64,000 nt of DNA, taken from NCBI GenBank assembly GCA_965248925.1, contig CBDFLE010000006.1:1568001-1632000 (forward strand), read 5' to 3'. The translations under genes and the position numbers were made by a program. Positions 51,851 through 63,304 of this stretch are shown one piece after another. A model generated the notes under the pieces. The model searched no databases, had not been told where the DNA came from, and was given only the letters and a program-made list of their open reading frames with translations. The DNA comes from Candidatus Multivoradales bacterium. GTDB lineage: Bacteria > Acidobacteriota > Thermoanaerobaculia > Multivoradales > J023. The stretch's first letter is position 1, and every line of letters starts with the position of its first letter.

Positions 51851-53155
51851 CTATGAATCCGAATTCTCTTCCAGAGCCTCCCGGAGGCTCTTCGGCCGCA
51901 TATCCACCCACACCTCTTCGATGTAGTCGAGGCACTCTTGTTTGCTCCCGGTCTTGCCGACCCTCCTCCAGCCAGAAGGAACCTCTTGATCCGCCGGCCA
52001 TATGGAATACTGCTCTTCTTCGTTCAAGACCACGACGTAGACTGTCTCGGCTTCCGTGGTCTCACCAGTGAAGTCCCCACCGCGATCGAGATTCTCAGCC
52101 AGCTGGCCCGTAGCGGCTAGATGTGCCAGTAAAGACACCCGCTGAATGTTGTCGACCGATTCCTCCCCGCCGAGCATCCATTCCGTAATCCAGTCGTAGA
52201 CCCAGCCGTCTTCGAGCGAGATCCCTAGATCTCGAAGCTGGAGTAAGGTGCGTGCCCGAAAGAACATTGCCGGCGAGTCGTATATGATTCGGCGCCAGCT
52301 CTCCACATCGTCAGCGAGTTCCCACAGCTCATTTGAACTCGTTTCGAGGAAGAGAAACTTCCCGTCCGAATCCCGCAACATGAGGTCTCCGAAAGCCGTG
52401 ATGCGAAATATTTCCACATCAGAGCCCACTCGCCAACGCCAAGACTCCAGCCAGTCGCCCTTTTCAGCAGCCTCGAAGGGAATGAAGAGATCGCCAGCAG
52501 CGTCATCAAGCGCCTCGGCACCAAGGTCCGCTGTGATAAGTCGAATCTCGTCATAACCAACGCCCGCCAGGACTAAATTGTCTTGATACAGTACCGGCTG
52601 GTAACCAACGGCCTCGATATCGAACGCGCTATGCCAGGGGAAGTTCCCCGACTTGTCAGGCCAGTACAGTTGAACCACCGGAAAGCTGTTGCCGCGGTAG
52701 TAACCTAAAGCTGTCCCGAGGAAACTCGCAAACCACTTGGGAAGGACACTCCGCACCCTGGCTGGATAGTCACCAAACGCCCCATCGATCGAGTCTCCAG
52801 CATTGAATTTCTCACCACTGGAAATTCTCTTGACCAAGGATTTGACCACACCACCCAGGGGCACAGGATCCTCGCTCGTTGCAAAGACGAGAATCTCAGG
52901 GTGCTTAAAAGACTCCCAAAGGCCGATGGTGAAGAGAAATCCCGCCCTCCCCTCCCCTGGAACTGCAACCATATGCCAGCCATGCTCGGCAATGTCCGCA
53001 CGGACCCTGGCGAGAATCTGGCTTATTTCATCCTCTTCACCGCTGGCAAGCTGCCCCGGCACCGACTCTTGCTGACCTAGCAAAGGCCTGCGGATCACCA
53101 ACAGCCAACAAACCATCACGATCGCGAAGACCACCAAGGTCAATCCTATTCGCAT
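51851..53155 (-). CDS. Fusion: N-terminal anchor, DUF4262, Tdi1/DUF1851-like domain, MbtH-like domain
   Basis: IAEHGW...FTIGLW...HPEI...VVQLYWPD; LESWRW...TAFGD...LGGE; VLNEEEQYSIWPADQEVPSGW...CLDYIEEVWVDMRPKSL; RBS AAGGGAG. Confidence 0.85.
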   Translation of the reverse strand: MRIGLTLVVFAIVMVCWLLVIRRPLLGQQESVPGQLASGEEDEISQILARVRADIAEHGWHMVAVPGEGRAGFLFTIGLWESFKHPEILVFATSEDPVPLGGVVKSLVKRISSGEKFNAGDSIDGAFGDYPARVRSVLPKWFASFLGTALGYYRGNSFPVVQLYWPDKSGNFPWHSAFDIEAVGYQPVLYQDNLVLAGVGYDEIRLITADLGAEALDDAAGDLFIPFEAAEKGDWLESWRWRVGSDVEIFRITAFGDLMLRDSDGKFLFLETSSNELWELADDVESWRRIIYDSPAMFFRARTLLQLRDLGISLEDGWVYDWITEWMLGGEESVDNIQRVSLLAHLAATGQLAENLDRGGDFTGETTEAETVYVVVLNEEEQYSIWPADQEVPSGWRRVGKTGSKQECLDYIEEVWVDMRPKSLREALEENSDS

Positions 53156-53204
53156 ACTCTACTCCCTTAGGTTCAGGTAGGAGATTCACTCCCCCATCCT
53201 TCTA

Positions 53205-53233
53205 TAGGCGTTGCCAAGCCCGCAAAAGTTACA
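53205..53233 (-). promoter_or_regulatory. Candidate ECF promoter
   Basis: TGTAAC-N17-CGCCTA, 50 nt upstream of ATG 53155. Confidence 0.5.
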
Positions 53234-53523
53234 GCCTTCTTGAGACCCAACGACCAGCACTCCAGCAAACTCATCATGGTCCCCACGTTGTCAGTGCCCA
53301 ACAACCAAGATTACGCTGTAGAGACATCGAACTGCGCCTGGCGAGGGGAAGTGTCTCGGATCTCTGGGGTTGATCGGTAGAGCAAGAGCGATGCCAGTCG
53401 GCAGCCTCGCCGCCCAACCCTTGTAACAGCTAGGGCTAGCGATATTGAGCGGATTTAGGGGAGCCATTTCAGTCGACCAAACTGCTCAGAAGCTGAGCAC
53501 TTGCGCAGACTCTGCGCAGCCGC

Positions 53524-54774
53524 TCAGTGATCGAGGCTGGCGGCAAAGAAGCTCCTGAAACCGGGTGGGAAGTAGGGCCCCTGGGGCCGCAAGTCGGGGT
53601 CTGCTGCGAAGCTGGCGGCGGCGAGACGCTGCGCGCTCGCCAGCCGCTTGCTGGACTCTGCCGGGCGCAGCTGGGCGAGGGCGAAGTGAGCGGCGGCAGC
53701 GAACAGGCGGGCCTGCGCTCGCGATCTGGGACGCTCGAAGTCAGCACTGTCAGCCCGCGCCAACAGACTGTCGTAACGGCCCTCGAAATAGGCACTGGCC
53801 AATGCCATCAACCCGGTGGGTAGGCGTCTATCTTGGGTCTGACCTCGCAGCTGTTCGAGCTGTGAGTGCGAGGCATTGATTCGCTGTAGTTCTGCCTCTA
53901 GCTCGCTGGCGGTGTTCACCGACGGCCTTGGATGAGTGGTGAGCCGATCGGCACGGGTGATGGCTGTGGTCAGCTCTTGCACCAGACTCGATGGCAAGGG
54001 CAGCTGGTCAGACGCGAAGTGCTGCCGACTCTGCTCAGCCAGCTCGGCCAGCTGCCGGCCGGCAGCTGCTACTTGGCTTTGCAGAGCTTCTACTTCTTGC
54101 AGCAAGGCAGCTTCCACTTGGTCTCTCAGCTGGTTGGCTTGCTGTTGCAGCTGCACCAACTCGGGCAAGGCTTGGGCTAGACGGCTCAACTCGCTCGCCG
54201 CCAGCGCCTGGTCGGTGAGGCGATCGAAGGCCGCTCGCAGTTGGGCTCGGCGCGCCACCTGGTCCACCGGCCAGCGGGCGGAACTCACTCGCCAACGATC
54301 CTCGAGCCGATCGAGCTGACGCCGGGCGGTCGAGCGCGCCTGCTCGAGCCGTTGACGGATTTCCGGCAACAGTGTTTCCTCGCATTGCCGACGCTCAGCC
54401 AGCAAACCGGTGGCTGCCGGAGATTGCGCCACCACCGCTTGCCGATCCGCTTCTCGCCAGGCCGCCAAGGCGGCTGCGAAATCGCCCAAGCGACACTGAC
54501 AGAGGCCGAGGTAGAAGTGCGGCAAGTAGGGCTCGAAGCGCATGCCATAGGGGCGGGTCACCAAGCTGGCCGAAGCCTCTGGCCGGCGCGCCGCGGTCGC
54601 TGTCAGCAGGTTCAGGGCCTCTTCCAGGTGGCCATAGCCGAGCTGCCGTAGGCCCTGCTCGTAGTCCCCGTAGCCACCATCGGCCGGTGCCGCCGAAGAC
54701 GCCCCCAGGCCGAGCCAGGCAACCACCAACCACCAACTCAAGAAGTTGCGCGCGAAGCCCTCCTGGCCTACCAT
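53524..54774 (-). CDS. Exported TPR/coiled-coil protein
   Basis: Signal-like segment, YLPHFYLGLC TPR, Gln/Ala-rich helices; start overlaps the kinase stop. Confidence 0.78.
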   Translation of the reverse strand: MVGQEGFARNFLSWWLVVAWLGLGASSAAPADGGYGDYEQGLRQLGYGHLEEALNLLTATAARRPEASASLVTRPYGMRFEPYLPHFYLGLCQCRLGDFAAALAAWREADRQAVVAQSPAATGLLAERRQCEETLLPEIRQRLEQARSTARRQLDRLEDRWRVSSARWPVDQVARRAQLRAAFDRLTDQALAASELSRLAQALPELVQLQQQANQLRDQVEAALLQEVEALQSQVAAAGRQLAELAEQSRQHFASDQLPLPSSLVQELTTAITRADRLTTHPRPSVNTASELEAELQRINASHSQLEQLRGQTQDRRLPTGLMALASAYFEGRYDSLLARADSADFERPRSRAQARLFAAAAHFALAQLRPAESSKRLASAQRLAAASFAADPDLRPQGPYFPPGFRSFFAASLDH

Positions 54775-56342
54775 CCGGTGCTCCTGAAATACTCCAGTGG
54801 ATCTCTACTTGGGAACTCGACACGAACCAGCGCCAACTGCTCGGCGACTACCTGCAGCTCGATCCGCCGGCGCCCACCGCCACCGCTGGCCAACACCACC
54901 GCCCGGTAGCTGCCGACCGGCAGCTCAAACTGGCATGGGGTCTCACAGCCATCTGGCAACAGCTGCACCTGGCCACTGGCATCACCCAGCTCCATCACTC
55001 TTCCCCACGGAACCGCCTCGACGATCACCCGGCCCAATACTTCGTCGGCCAGTTCCGGCTCGCCGACAGGCACGGGACGGATCAGCTCCGCCTGGGGCCC
55101 GCGCCCGGCGACTTCGTCCGCCGCCTGCCAACCGAGCCCGACCGAAAGATCCGGCTTGGGTCCAGGGTTGCGCAAGGTCGGCACCATGGTCGGCACCCAC
55201 CAGCTGCCCAGAGCCACCGCGAAGGCAAAGCCCAGCGCTAGCAGAATCACCCAACTGCCCCGCCGGGCCAACGACCCCAGATCTTCTGCACTCGCCACCA
55301 AGCCCGTCTCCTGACCGACGGTGTCAGTTCTCGCGCCCCAGGAATCGCTGGCCACGGTGGTAGCGGTCGAGAAACCCGCCGGGGCTATGTCGGCGGACTC
55401 CGCATCTGTCCTCGGCAATGCCGCGCGGACCTGCTCCAAGGCTTCGGCCAAGCCCTGGGCACTGGCGATTCGCCGGCTGGGCTCGAGCGCCATCGCTTGT
55501 TCGACCACCTCCACCAGTGGCTCTGGCAGCGACGGTTGCAGCTGCGCCAGGGGCTCCAACTGCTGCCCCCGCCAGCGCCGCAACGCCGCCATGGGCTGGC
55601 GGCCGCCAAGCAGCTCGTAAAGGGTAGCGCCGCAGGCGTAGACATCGCTCCAAGGACCGACCGGGCCACCGATTTCGCAGTACATCTCGGCCGCGGCATA
55701 GCCATGGGTGAGAGAAAAGGCACGCTGGCCAACGCTGTCGCCCACCGCCACCCGCGCCGCGCCGTAGTCGAGCAGCAAGATCTCGCCATCGTCAGTGAGA
55801 TAGATGTTGGGAGGCTTGATATCGCAGTGCAACACATCTTTGGCATGCGTCGCCTCAAGACCGTGCAACACCGCCACCAGGGTTTGCAACGCCGTCGGCC
55901 AAGGCAGCCGACCGCCAACCCGGTGCACATACTGAGCCAAAGAAGCACCACGGTGATACTCCATCACCAAGTAGGCGGTACCGTTCTCCTCGAAGAAATT
56001 GAGCACCTTGACCACATTGGGATGGCGCAGGCTGGCCAGCACCCTCGCTTCGGTCAGGAAGCGGCCCACGGCAAGACCAAACTTCCCTTCGCTACCCACT
56101 CCTCGCGACTCGACCGCCACCCCGTCACTGGCCCGAGCCACCAACCGACGGGGCAAGAATTCCTTGATCGCCACCTGCAAACGCAAAGTGGCATCCCAGC
56201 CTAAGTAGGTGATGCCGAAGCCACCAGGATGGCCGAGGATATTGCCGATCAGATACCTATTGAAAAGCCGATGCCGCAGTGGCAAGGACTCCGCCGGTCG
56301 ATCATTCGCCGCGCTGAAGAATTCGTCTGCTGGTTGCTCCAT
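54768..56342 (-). CDS. Hanks-type Ser/Thr kinase with TM and PEGA-like C-terminus
   Basis: [33 protein letters not shown]. Confidence 0.92.
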   Translation of the reverse strand: MEQPADEFFSAANDRPAESLPLRHRLFNRYLIGNILGHPGGFGITYLGWDATLRLQVAIKEFLPRRLVARASDGVAVESRGVGSEGKFGLAVGRFLTEARVLASLRHPNVVKVLNFFEENGTAYLVMEYHRGASLAQYVHRVGGRLPWPTALQTLVAVLHGLEATHAKDVLHCDIKPPNIYLTDDGEILLLDYGAARVAVGDSVGQRAFSLTHGYAAAEMYCEIGGPVGPWSDVYACGATLYELLGGRQPMAALRRWRGQQLEPLAQLQPSLPEPLVEVVEQAMALEPSRRIASAQGLAEALEQVRAALPRTDAESADIAPAGFSTATTVASDSWGARTDTVGQETGLVASAEDLGSLARRGSWVILLALGFAFAVALGSWWVPTMVPTLRNPGPKPDLSVGLGWQAADEVAGRGPQAELIRPVPVGEPELADEVLGRVIVEAVPWGRVMELGDASGQVQLLPDGCETPCQFELPVGSYRAVVLASGGGGRRRIELQVVAEQLALVRVEFPSRDPLEYFRSTGW

Positions 56343-56467
56343 GGTGCAGGCCGAGGATATCCGACCCAAAGGCTGCCAGGGGCGGCAGCAGCCTGGCAGC
56401 GCTGCAACTGCGATATAACTTACTCCTCTATGCAACTCCCCACCCAGACCGCCGAGGACCGCCGCCG

Positions 56468-59400
56468 ATGACCATCGCAGTGGTGGCCGAGAAGCCCTCC
56501 GTGGCGCGCGATATCGCCCGCGTCCTGGGAGCCAGCCAGAAGGGCAAGGGAATACTCTCTGGCTCCGGCTACGTCGTCACCTGGGCCATCGGGCACCTGG
56601 TGACCCTGCCCCAGCCGCACGAGATCGAAGCAGCCTGGAAGGGCTGGCGCCGCGACACCTTGCCGATGCTGCCCCAGCGCTGGCCGCTGCAAGTGAGCCA
56701 CCGCACTCGCGAGCAATTTCGCGCTGTCAAGAAAACGATCTGCGCGGCGGACGTCGAGCAGGTCATCTGCGCCACCGATGCAGGCCGTGAAGGCGAGCTG
56801 ATCTTCCGCTACATCTACGAAGCCGCCCGCTGCCGCAAGCCGGTGCAGCGGCTGTGGATTTCGTCATTGACCCCCACCGCTATCCGCCGAGGCTTCGCCG
56901 AGCTGCGCGCCGGCGATCAGTTTGACGGCTTGGCCGACGCCGCCCGCGGTCGCAGCCAGGCGGACTGGCTGGTAGGGATGAATCTGTCGCGGGCGATCAG
57001 TCTGGTGGCCGACGAAACCCTCTCGGTCGGTCGGGTGCAGACCCCCACCCTGGCGCTGCTGGTAGAGCGCGAGCTAGCCATCCGCAACTTTGTGCCCGAG
57101 GACTATCAGGAAGTGGTCGCCAGCTTTGCGCCCACCACCAACGCAGCCACTGCCAAAGACCCCGCAGCCGCTTATCAAGGCACCTGGTTCAACGGCGACA
57201 AGCCCGCCAGCGGCAAACCCTCAGCCAAGGCCAGCCGGCTGCCGGCCGATGGCCAGCAAGCACAGCGGATCGTCGACCGACTGGCTAACGGCGAAGCGAA
57301 AATCGCCAGCGTCGAGCGCAAGACCCGCCGCCGCCCAGCTCCCTTGCTCTACGACCTCACCGAGCTACAGCGGCACGCCAACCGGCTCTTCGGCTGGAGC
57401 GCCAAGAAGACCCTCGGTATCGCCCAGAGTCTCTACGAAAGCAAGAAGCTGATCAGCTACCCGCGCACCGACAGCCGCCATCTGAGTCGCGATGTCGCCG
57501 CCGAGCTACCGCGAATCGTCGCCGCCATCGCCGGCCCTTATGCTGAGCTGATGGCTCCTGGCAGCGGTGAGAAACCCCTCGGACGGCGTTTCGTCGACGA
57601 GGCTCGGGTCGCCGACCATCACGCCATCCTACCCACCGCGACCGCGGCAAAAAGCGCCCGGCCGAATGCCGACCAAGCCAAGCTCTACGACCTGATCTGC
57701 CGCCGCCTGCTCTGTGCCTGGCATGGACCGCAAGTCAGCGCCATCGTCGAAGTGGTCACCACCGTCGACAGCAGCCCAGAGACCGCCGAGCAGGGAGACG
57801 AAGTCGTCGATCACTTTTTTAGCAGCGGCACCAGCATTCTCGAGCAAGGCTGGACCGTGCTCGATATCAGAGTACGCAAGAAGATAAAGAAAGAACAGCC
57901 GGTTGTTCTGCCAGCTGAACTTGCTCAAGGTCTAGCGCGTCAGGTCAGCGCCGTCCAAGCCATCGAGAAAACCACTCGCCCGCCGCGCCGCCACACCGAC
58001 GCCACCCTGCTGACCGCGATGGAGACCGCTGGTCGCAGCCTCGACGACGAAGAACTCTCCGCGGCGATGAAAGAACGCGGCCTGGGCACCCCCGCCACCC
58101 GTGCCGAGACCCTCGAAACCTTGTTGCGCCGTGACTACGCCCAACGGCAGCAAAAAGCTCTCATCGCCACCGACAAAGGCATCGCCTTGATCGACCGGGT
58201 CCATCCGAAAGTCAAAAGCCCGGTGATGACCGGCGAATGGGAGGCCGAACTCAAACGGGTCGAGCGCGGCGAGCTTGAACTGAAAACCTTTCTGGCACGG
58301 ATCGAAACCTACGTCCGCGAAGTGGTGCGCAGCATGCTCGCCCACGGCCATCGCCCTCTCGGCCAAGCGACCGGCAGACCCCGACCCCAGGTGGTTGAGA
58401 CCAGCCACCAAGCAAAGAGCGAGGCTCGGAAGCCCGCAGGTGGGCCGGTGTTCACCGGCAGACAGCCCTTCCCTTCCAGGCATTTATCGCCGACGCCCAC
58501 CGCTGCATCCAGTAGGCCAGCGCCAGCCAACGAGATTCCGGCGCCGAGCCTCACCACCCAGCCATCGTCCCCCAGTGAACAGAGCTGGCGCCCCACTGCG
58601 GCCTTGGCCGCCGACCAACTAGGTCAGCTGCTCACTCAGCCATTTGGTTTTGACGGTTTCCGCCCCTACCAAGAGCCGGTCTGCCGCGCCGTCGCCAGCG
58701 GCCAAGACGTCCTCTTGGTGATGCCGACCGGCGCTGGTAAATCCCTCTGCTACCAGCTCCCCGGCCTGGCCCGCGCCGGCACTACGCTAGTGATCTCGCC
58801 GTTGATCGCGCTGATGGAAGATCAGGTGGCCAAGCTGCAAGCGGTGGGCATCCGCGCCGAGCGCATCCACTCCGGCCGCGGCCGGGGGGCTTCGCGCCAG
58901 GCCTGCCGGGACTACCTCGATGGCCGCTTGGATTTTCTCTTTATCGCTCCCGAACGACTCGGCGTGCGCGGCTTCCCCGAACTGCTGGCGCGGCGCAAGC
59001 CAAGCCTGGTGGCGGTCGACGAGGCGCATTGCATCTCGCAGTGGGGCCACGACTTCCGGCCCGACTATCGGCGCCTGGGTGAACGTCTGCCTGAGCTGCG
59101 GCCTGCGCCGGTGGTCGCCCTCACCGCCACCGCCACCCCAGTGGTGCAAGACGACATCGCCAAACAACTCGGCCTGAGCAGCGGCCAGCGATTCATCCAC
59201 GGTTTTCGCCGCACTAACATCGCCATCGAGAGCGTCGAGCTGCGTCCCTCGGAGCGGCGGGGGGCGGTTCGCCGTTTGCTCGCCAACGACTCCAACCGAC
59301 CGGCGATCGTCTACGCCCCGACCCGCAAAGAAGCCGAGGGGTTGGGAGCCGAGCTGGCCGAACTGCTGCCGGCCAGCGCCTACCACGCCGGCCTGAGCGC

Positions 59401-60619
59401 CAGCCACCGCGACCGCGTGCAGAGCGGCTTCCTGAGCGGCGAGCTGGAAGTGGTCGTCGCCACCATCGCCTTCGGCATGGGTATAGACAAAGCTAATGTG
59501 CGCACCGTCATCCACACCGCCTTGCCCGGCAGCCTGGAGTCTTACTATCAGGAAATCGGCCGCGCTGGCCGCGACGGTCTACCCTCCCGCGCCGCCCTAC
59601 TGTGGGGCTATAGCGACCGCCGCACGCACCAGTTCTTTTTTGATCGCGATTACCCCGAGGTGGCGGTTCTGCAAGGCTTACTCGGCGCCCTCGGCCAGGC
59701 CACCCTCGGCCGCGAGGCGCTGGCCGTCCGCAGCGGCCTCGGCGAGGACACCTTCGAGCGCGCCTTGGAGAAGTTGTGGATCCACGGCGGGGTCGAAATA
59801 ACTACCGAGGACAGCGTCCGGCGTAGCAACAGCACCCGTTCCGGCGCCAGCTGGCAGCTAGCCTACGAGGAGCAACGGCAGCAAAAACTGGCTCAATTGG
59901 GCCAGATCACCCGCTTCGCCCAAGCCCGCCAATGCCGCATGCTGGTGTTGGTGCGCCACTTTGGCGATCAAGAAGACAGCGGCGAGCGCTGTGACGTTTG
60001 TGACCACTGCGCGCCGGAGAACTGCCAGGCGCTGGCCTTTCGCCCGCCCACCGGCACCGAGGTCGGCGCGATGGAGCGCATCTTGGCCTCCCTGCGCCAG
60101 CGTGACAGCCAAGGAACAGCCCAGCTGTTTCGCGCCAGCTGTGAACCCCGAGGTCTCGACCGGCGCACTTTCGACACCCTGCTCGCCGGTCTGGTGCGAG
60201 CCGAGCTGGTGGCAGTCAGCGAAGAGTCCTTCAACAAGGACGGCCGCACCATCCACTTCCAACGCGCCTCCCTGACCGCCGACGGCTACCGCGATCTACC
60301 GATGCTCGGCGCACGGGTGCGGATGGTCGACGAGGTGCCGTCCAGCGGTCGATCCAAACGCCGCCAGCGACCCTCCAAGGCGGCGGCAGACCTCGCCGCC
60401 AAAGCTCCCACGCAGTTGGTGGCCAAGCTCGAGCACTGGCGCAAGGGCGAGTCGCGGCAGCGCGGTGTGCCAGCTTTCAGAATCCTCCGCCAAGCGACCC
60501 TGCGAGCCATTGCCGCCGCGCGGCCTAGCGATCAGCAACAACTGGGGGCGGTGCGTGGCGTCGGTCCCGCCTTGCTGCAACGCTATGGCGATGAGCTGCT
60601 GCGCTTGCTGCGCCCATGA
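56468..60619 (+). CDS. DNA topoisomerase III - RecQ helicase - HRDC fusion
   Basis: [27 protein letters not shown]; Pro-rich linker; [24 protein letters not shown]...CDVCDHC, HRDC; one uninterrupted 1383-aa frame. Confidence 0.95.
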   Translation: MTIAVVAEKPSVARDIARVLGASQKGKGILSGSGYVVTWAIGHLVTLPQPHEIEAAWKGWRRDTLPMLPQRWPLQVSHRTREQFRAVKKTICAADVEQVICATDAGREGELIFRYIYEAARCRKPVQRLWISSLTPTAIRRGFAELRAGDQFDGLADAARGRSQADWLVGMNLSRAISLVADETLSVGRVQTPTLALLVERELAIRNFVPEDYQEVVASFAPTTNAATAKDPAAAYQGTWFNGDKPASGKPSAKASRLPADGQQAQRIVDRLANGEAKIASVERKTRRRPAPLLYDLTELQRHANRLFGWSAKKTLGIAQSLYESKKLISYPRTDSRHLSRDVAAELPRIVAAIAGPYAELMAPGSGEKPLGRRFVDEARVADHHAILPTATAAKSARPNADQAKLYDLICRRLLCAWHGPQVSAIVEVVTTVDSSPETAEQGDEVVDHFFSSGTSILEQGWTVLDIRVRKKIKKEQPVVLPAELAQGLARQVSAVQAIEKTTRPPRRHTDATLLTAMETAGRSLDDEELSAAMKERGLGTPATRAETLETLLRRDYAQRQQKALIATDKGIALIDRVHPKVKSPVMTGEWEAELKRVERGELELKTFLARIETYVREVVRSMLAHGHRPLGQATGRPRPQVVETSHQAKSEARKPAGGPVFTGRQPFPSRHLSPTPTAASSRPAPANEIPAPSLTTQPSSPSEQSWRPTAALAADQLGQLLTQPFGFDGFRPYQEPVCRAVASGQDVLLVMPTGAGKSLCYQLPGLARAGTTLVISPLIALMEDQVAKLQAVGIRAERIHSGRGRGASRQACRDYLDGRLDFLFIAPERLGVRGFPELLARRKPSLVAVDEAHCISQWGHDFRPDYRRLGERLPELRPAPVVALTATATPVVQDDIAKQLGLSSGQRFIHGFRRTNIAIESVELRPSERRGAVRRLLANDSNRPAIVYAPTRKEAEGLGAELAELLPASAYHAGLSASHRDRVQSGFLSGELEVVVATIAFGMGIDKANVRTVIHTALPGSLESYYQEIGRAGRDGLPSRAALLWGYSDRRTHQFFFDRDYPEVAVLQGLLGALGQATLGREALAVRSGLGEDTFERALEKLWIHGGVEITTEDSVRRSNSTRSGASWQLAYEEQRQQKLAQLGQITRFAQARQCRMLVLVRHFGDQEDSGERCDVCDHCAPENCQALAFRPPTGTEVGAMERILASLRQRDSQGTAQLFRASCEPRGLDRRTFDTLLAGLVRAELVAVSEESFNKDGRTIHFQRASLTADGYRDLPMLGARVRMVDEVPSSGRSKRRQRPSKAAADLAAKAPTQLVAKLEHWRKGESRQRGVPAFRILRQATLRAIAAARPSDQQQLGAVRGVGPALLQRYGDELLRLLRP

Positions 60620-60727
60620 GGCCGCCCGCCGCGGCTTGGCTGGCGATATCCTGGGCCCCGGAATCCACCGATCGGTCATCGCGCCGAAAACTCAATTCAA
60701 AGGACCGCAGCTTTTAGGACAGATACG

Positions 60728-63304
60728 TTGGCCCAGCACAAAATCATCTTCTGGCTGACCTTCCTCACCCTCCAATTGGCGTTGGTCAGCAGTGCCCAGC
60801 AGTCGATGGATTGGCAGCAGCTATCGTTGACCGAGGCCTTGATCGAACTCCGCCAGCAAGGGCTCGGCCTGCTCTTCACCAGCCAGGTAGTTCGGCCCGA
60901 GATGCAGGTCGAAGCGGCCCCCACCGCGACCTCCAAGCGACAGATTCTCGATCAGTTGTTGGCACCGCACGGGCTCGCGGTGGAGCTTTCGCCAGCGGGC
61001 ACTTTAGTGGTAATCAAACAACCCTTACCGACCACCGGCAGCTTGACAGGGCAGGTTTGGGAACGACGATCGCGACACCCACTGGCCGGAGTCCAAGTGC
61101 TGCTGCCCAGCACCCCGTTCGCCACCGTCAGCGACGGTGACGGGCATTTCGAGTTGGGCGAGCTACCGGCCGACGAACACCTCCTGGAGCTGCGCCGCGC
61201 CGGCTTCGTGGTCGAGCAACGCCAGATCACTGTGGTCGCCGGCCAGGCACTCGAGCTAGCGGTCGGACTGGTGCCCGCGCCGCTAGCCTTGGGCGAGATC
61301 ATTGTTACCCCGAGCACTATCTCCCTCCTGCGAACCGACCCCCTGCCCCAGCTGGCCTTAGAGCGGGACGAGATCGCCGCCCTGCCCCACCTCGGCGACG
61401 ACCTCTTCCGTGCCCTCGATCTGCTGCCCGGGGTCTCTGGAAACGAACTCACAGCCCAGTTCAATATTCGCGGCGGACGGGCCGATGAAGTGCTGGTAAT
61501 CCTCGATCAGCTGGAACTCTACGAGCCCTACCATCTACCCGATTTCAGCAATGCGCTGAGCCTGATCGCACCACCGGTGATCGGCGAGATGGACTTGATC
61601 CTGGGCGGCTTTCCCGCTCAATTCGGCGACCGCATGGGCGGCGTACTCGACATGCGAACCACCGAACCCGCGGCAGATCGCCACGGCCAGTTCGGCCTCG
61701 GCATCATCAGCGTTCTGGCCAGCAACTCGGGGAGATTCGCTCAGCAGCGTGGCAGCTGGTTCACCGTCGGCCGGCTCGGCTCGCTCGAGCTGCTGTCGGA
61801 TTTTCTCAGCGAAGACGAGCAACCCCATTTTGGCGACGGTTTTGGCAAGCTCGAATACCAGCTCGTCGACACCCAGCGGCTCGGCCTGCGAGTGCTCCAC
61901 GGCGAGGACAGCCTGCAATTCCAAGTCACCGAGGAAGGCGATCAGGAGCAGGCCCGAACCGAATACACCAACACCTATCTATGGCTCACCCACCAAGCAC
62001 TGCTCGGCGACCGCCTGTTTGTCGACACGGTACTGTCGCGCGGCCGAGTCCAGCGCGGGCGCAGCTCCAGCGAGATCGAGCCTGAAGATCAGGGTTTCCA
62101 GCTGCGCGACCAGCGCAACCTGGAGATCTTCGGTCTGAAGCAAGACTGGAGCTCGCAAACCCATGGCGATAGCGACGGCCACTACCGACGCTGGGGGTTC
62201 GACCTGCGCCACCTGCGAGCGGATTACGACTATTTCAACAATCGCCAACTCGAAGATCTCTTCGACGCGATTCGCAGCGAGCCCCGAGTTGGCACCACTG
62301 AATTCCACCAGCGGTTGAGCGGCGAGCACTACAGCCTGTATTTCAGCGATCGCTGGCGTTGGCAACAGCTGACCACTGAATTCGGCCTGCGTTTTGACCG
62401 CCACACCGCCACCGCCGACAGCGACCTCAGCCCGCGGCTCAACCTGGTCTGGGCGCTGGGCCAAGCCAGCACCCTGCGAGCCGCCTGGGGATACTATTTT
62501 CAGAGCCAACGACTCTACGAGCTGCGGGTCGAAGACGGTGAGACCGAACTCCTACCTTCGGAACGCACCGAACAATTGGCGCTGGGCTTGGAGCACCTCT
62601 TCAGTAGCGGCATCACCCTGCGGCTCGACCTCTACCGCCGCGACATCAGGGATCCTCAACCGCGCTACGAAAATATTTTCGACCCGGTCAGCCTGTTTCC
62701 GGAAATCGAGCCCGACCGGGTGCGCTTCGCGCCTCAACACAGCAGGTCGAGCGGGGTCGAACTCTTCGTCCGCGGGCCGCGGGGCAACCAGTTCGGGTGG
62801 TGGGCGAGCTATGCGTTCTCGCGGGTGGAAGACGAGATTGACGGCGTCGACCTGCCGCGCAGCTTTGACCAACCCCACGCCCTGAATGCCAGCCTGAGCT
62901 ATCAACCAGGGCCTCGCTGGACCTTCAACCTAGCCTTCCGCTACCACACCGGCTGGCGCACCACCGCCCTCAGCGGCGAACTGGAACTTGACGACGACGG
63001 GGAACTAGAAGATGACGAGGAAGAGGCCGAGCCCGAGCTGGTGCTGCGTTTCGGCCCGCTCTACGGCGAGCGGCTGCCCGACTACCACCGTCTCGACCTG
63101 CGCATCAGCCGCCAGTGGTCACTGCGCAACGGCAAGATCACCCTGTTTTTCGACCTCCAGAACCTCTACGCACGTAAGAACCTAGCTGGCATTGACGTCG
63201 AGATCGATTTCGAGCTGCAAGACGATGGCGCCGTGCGGCTGCTACCGATCGAAGAGACCTGGGGCGGTCTGCTACCTTCCCTCGGTTTCCGCTGGGAGTT
63301 CTGA
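60728..63304 (+). CDS. TonB-dependent receptor with N-terminal STN-like and carboxypeptidase-regulatory-like domains
   Basis: Signal peptide, SLTEALIEL...LDQLLAPHGL, LPGVSG, IRGG, GGFPAQFGDRMGGV, LSPRLN, C-terminal RWEF. Confidence 0.92.
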   Translation: MAQHKIIFWLTFLTLQLALVSSAQQSMDWQQLSLTEALIELRQQGLGLLFTSQVVRPEMQVEAAPTATSKRQILDQLLAPHGLAVELSPAGTLVVIKQPLPTTGSLTGQVWERRSRHPLAGVQVLLPSTPFATVSDGDGHFELGELPADEHLLELRRAGFVVEQRQITVVAGQALELAVGLVPAPLALGEIIVTPSTISLLRTDPLPQLALERDEIAALPHLGDDLFRALDLLPGVSGNELTAQFNIRGGRADEVLVILDQLELYEPYHLPDFSNALSLIAPPVIGEMDLILGGFPAQFGDRMGGVLDMRTTEPAADRHGQFGLGIISVLASNSGRFAQQRGSWFTVGRLGSLELLSDFLSEDEQPHFGDGFGKLEYQLVDTQRLGLRVLHGEDSLQFQVTEEGDQEQARTEYTNTYLWLTHQALLGDRLFVDTVLSRGRVQRGRSSSEIEPEDQGFQLRDQRNLEIFGLKQDWSSQTHGDSDGHYRRWGFDLRHLRADYDYFNNRQLEDLFDAIRSEPRVGTTEFHQRLSGEHYSLYFSDRWRWQQLTTEFGLRFDRHTATADSDLSPRLNLVWALGQASTLRAAWGYYFQSQRLYELRVEDGETELLPSERTEQLALGLEHLFSSGITLRLDLYRRDIRDPQPRYENIFDPVSLFPEIEPDRVRFAPQHSRSSGVELFVRGPRGNQFGWWASYAFSRVEDEIDGVDLPRSFDQPHALNASLSYQPGPRWTFNLAFRYHTGWRTTALSGELELDDDGELEDDEEEAEPELVLRFGPLYGERLPDYHRLDLRISRQWSLRNGKITLFFDLQNLYARKNLAGIDVEIDFELQDDGAVRLLPIEETWGGLLPSLGFRWEF

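Noticed and set aside
54768-56342. Pseudokinase, because of DYG and AAE variants
   Set aside because: Catalytic Lys, Asp, Asn and the Mg-binding Asp are all present
56468-60619. Reverse gyrase
   Set aside because: Domain order is reversed and the helicase is clearly RecQ-type ([19 protein letters not shown])
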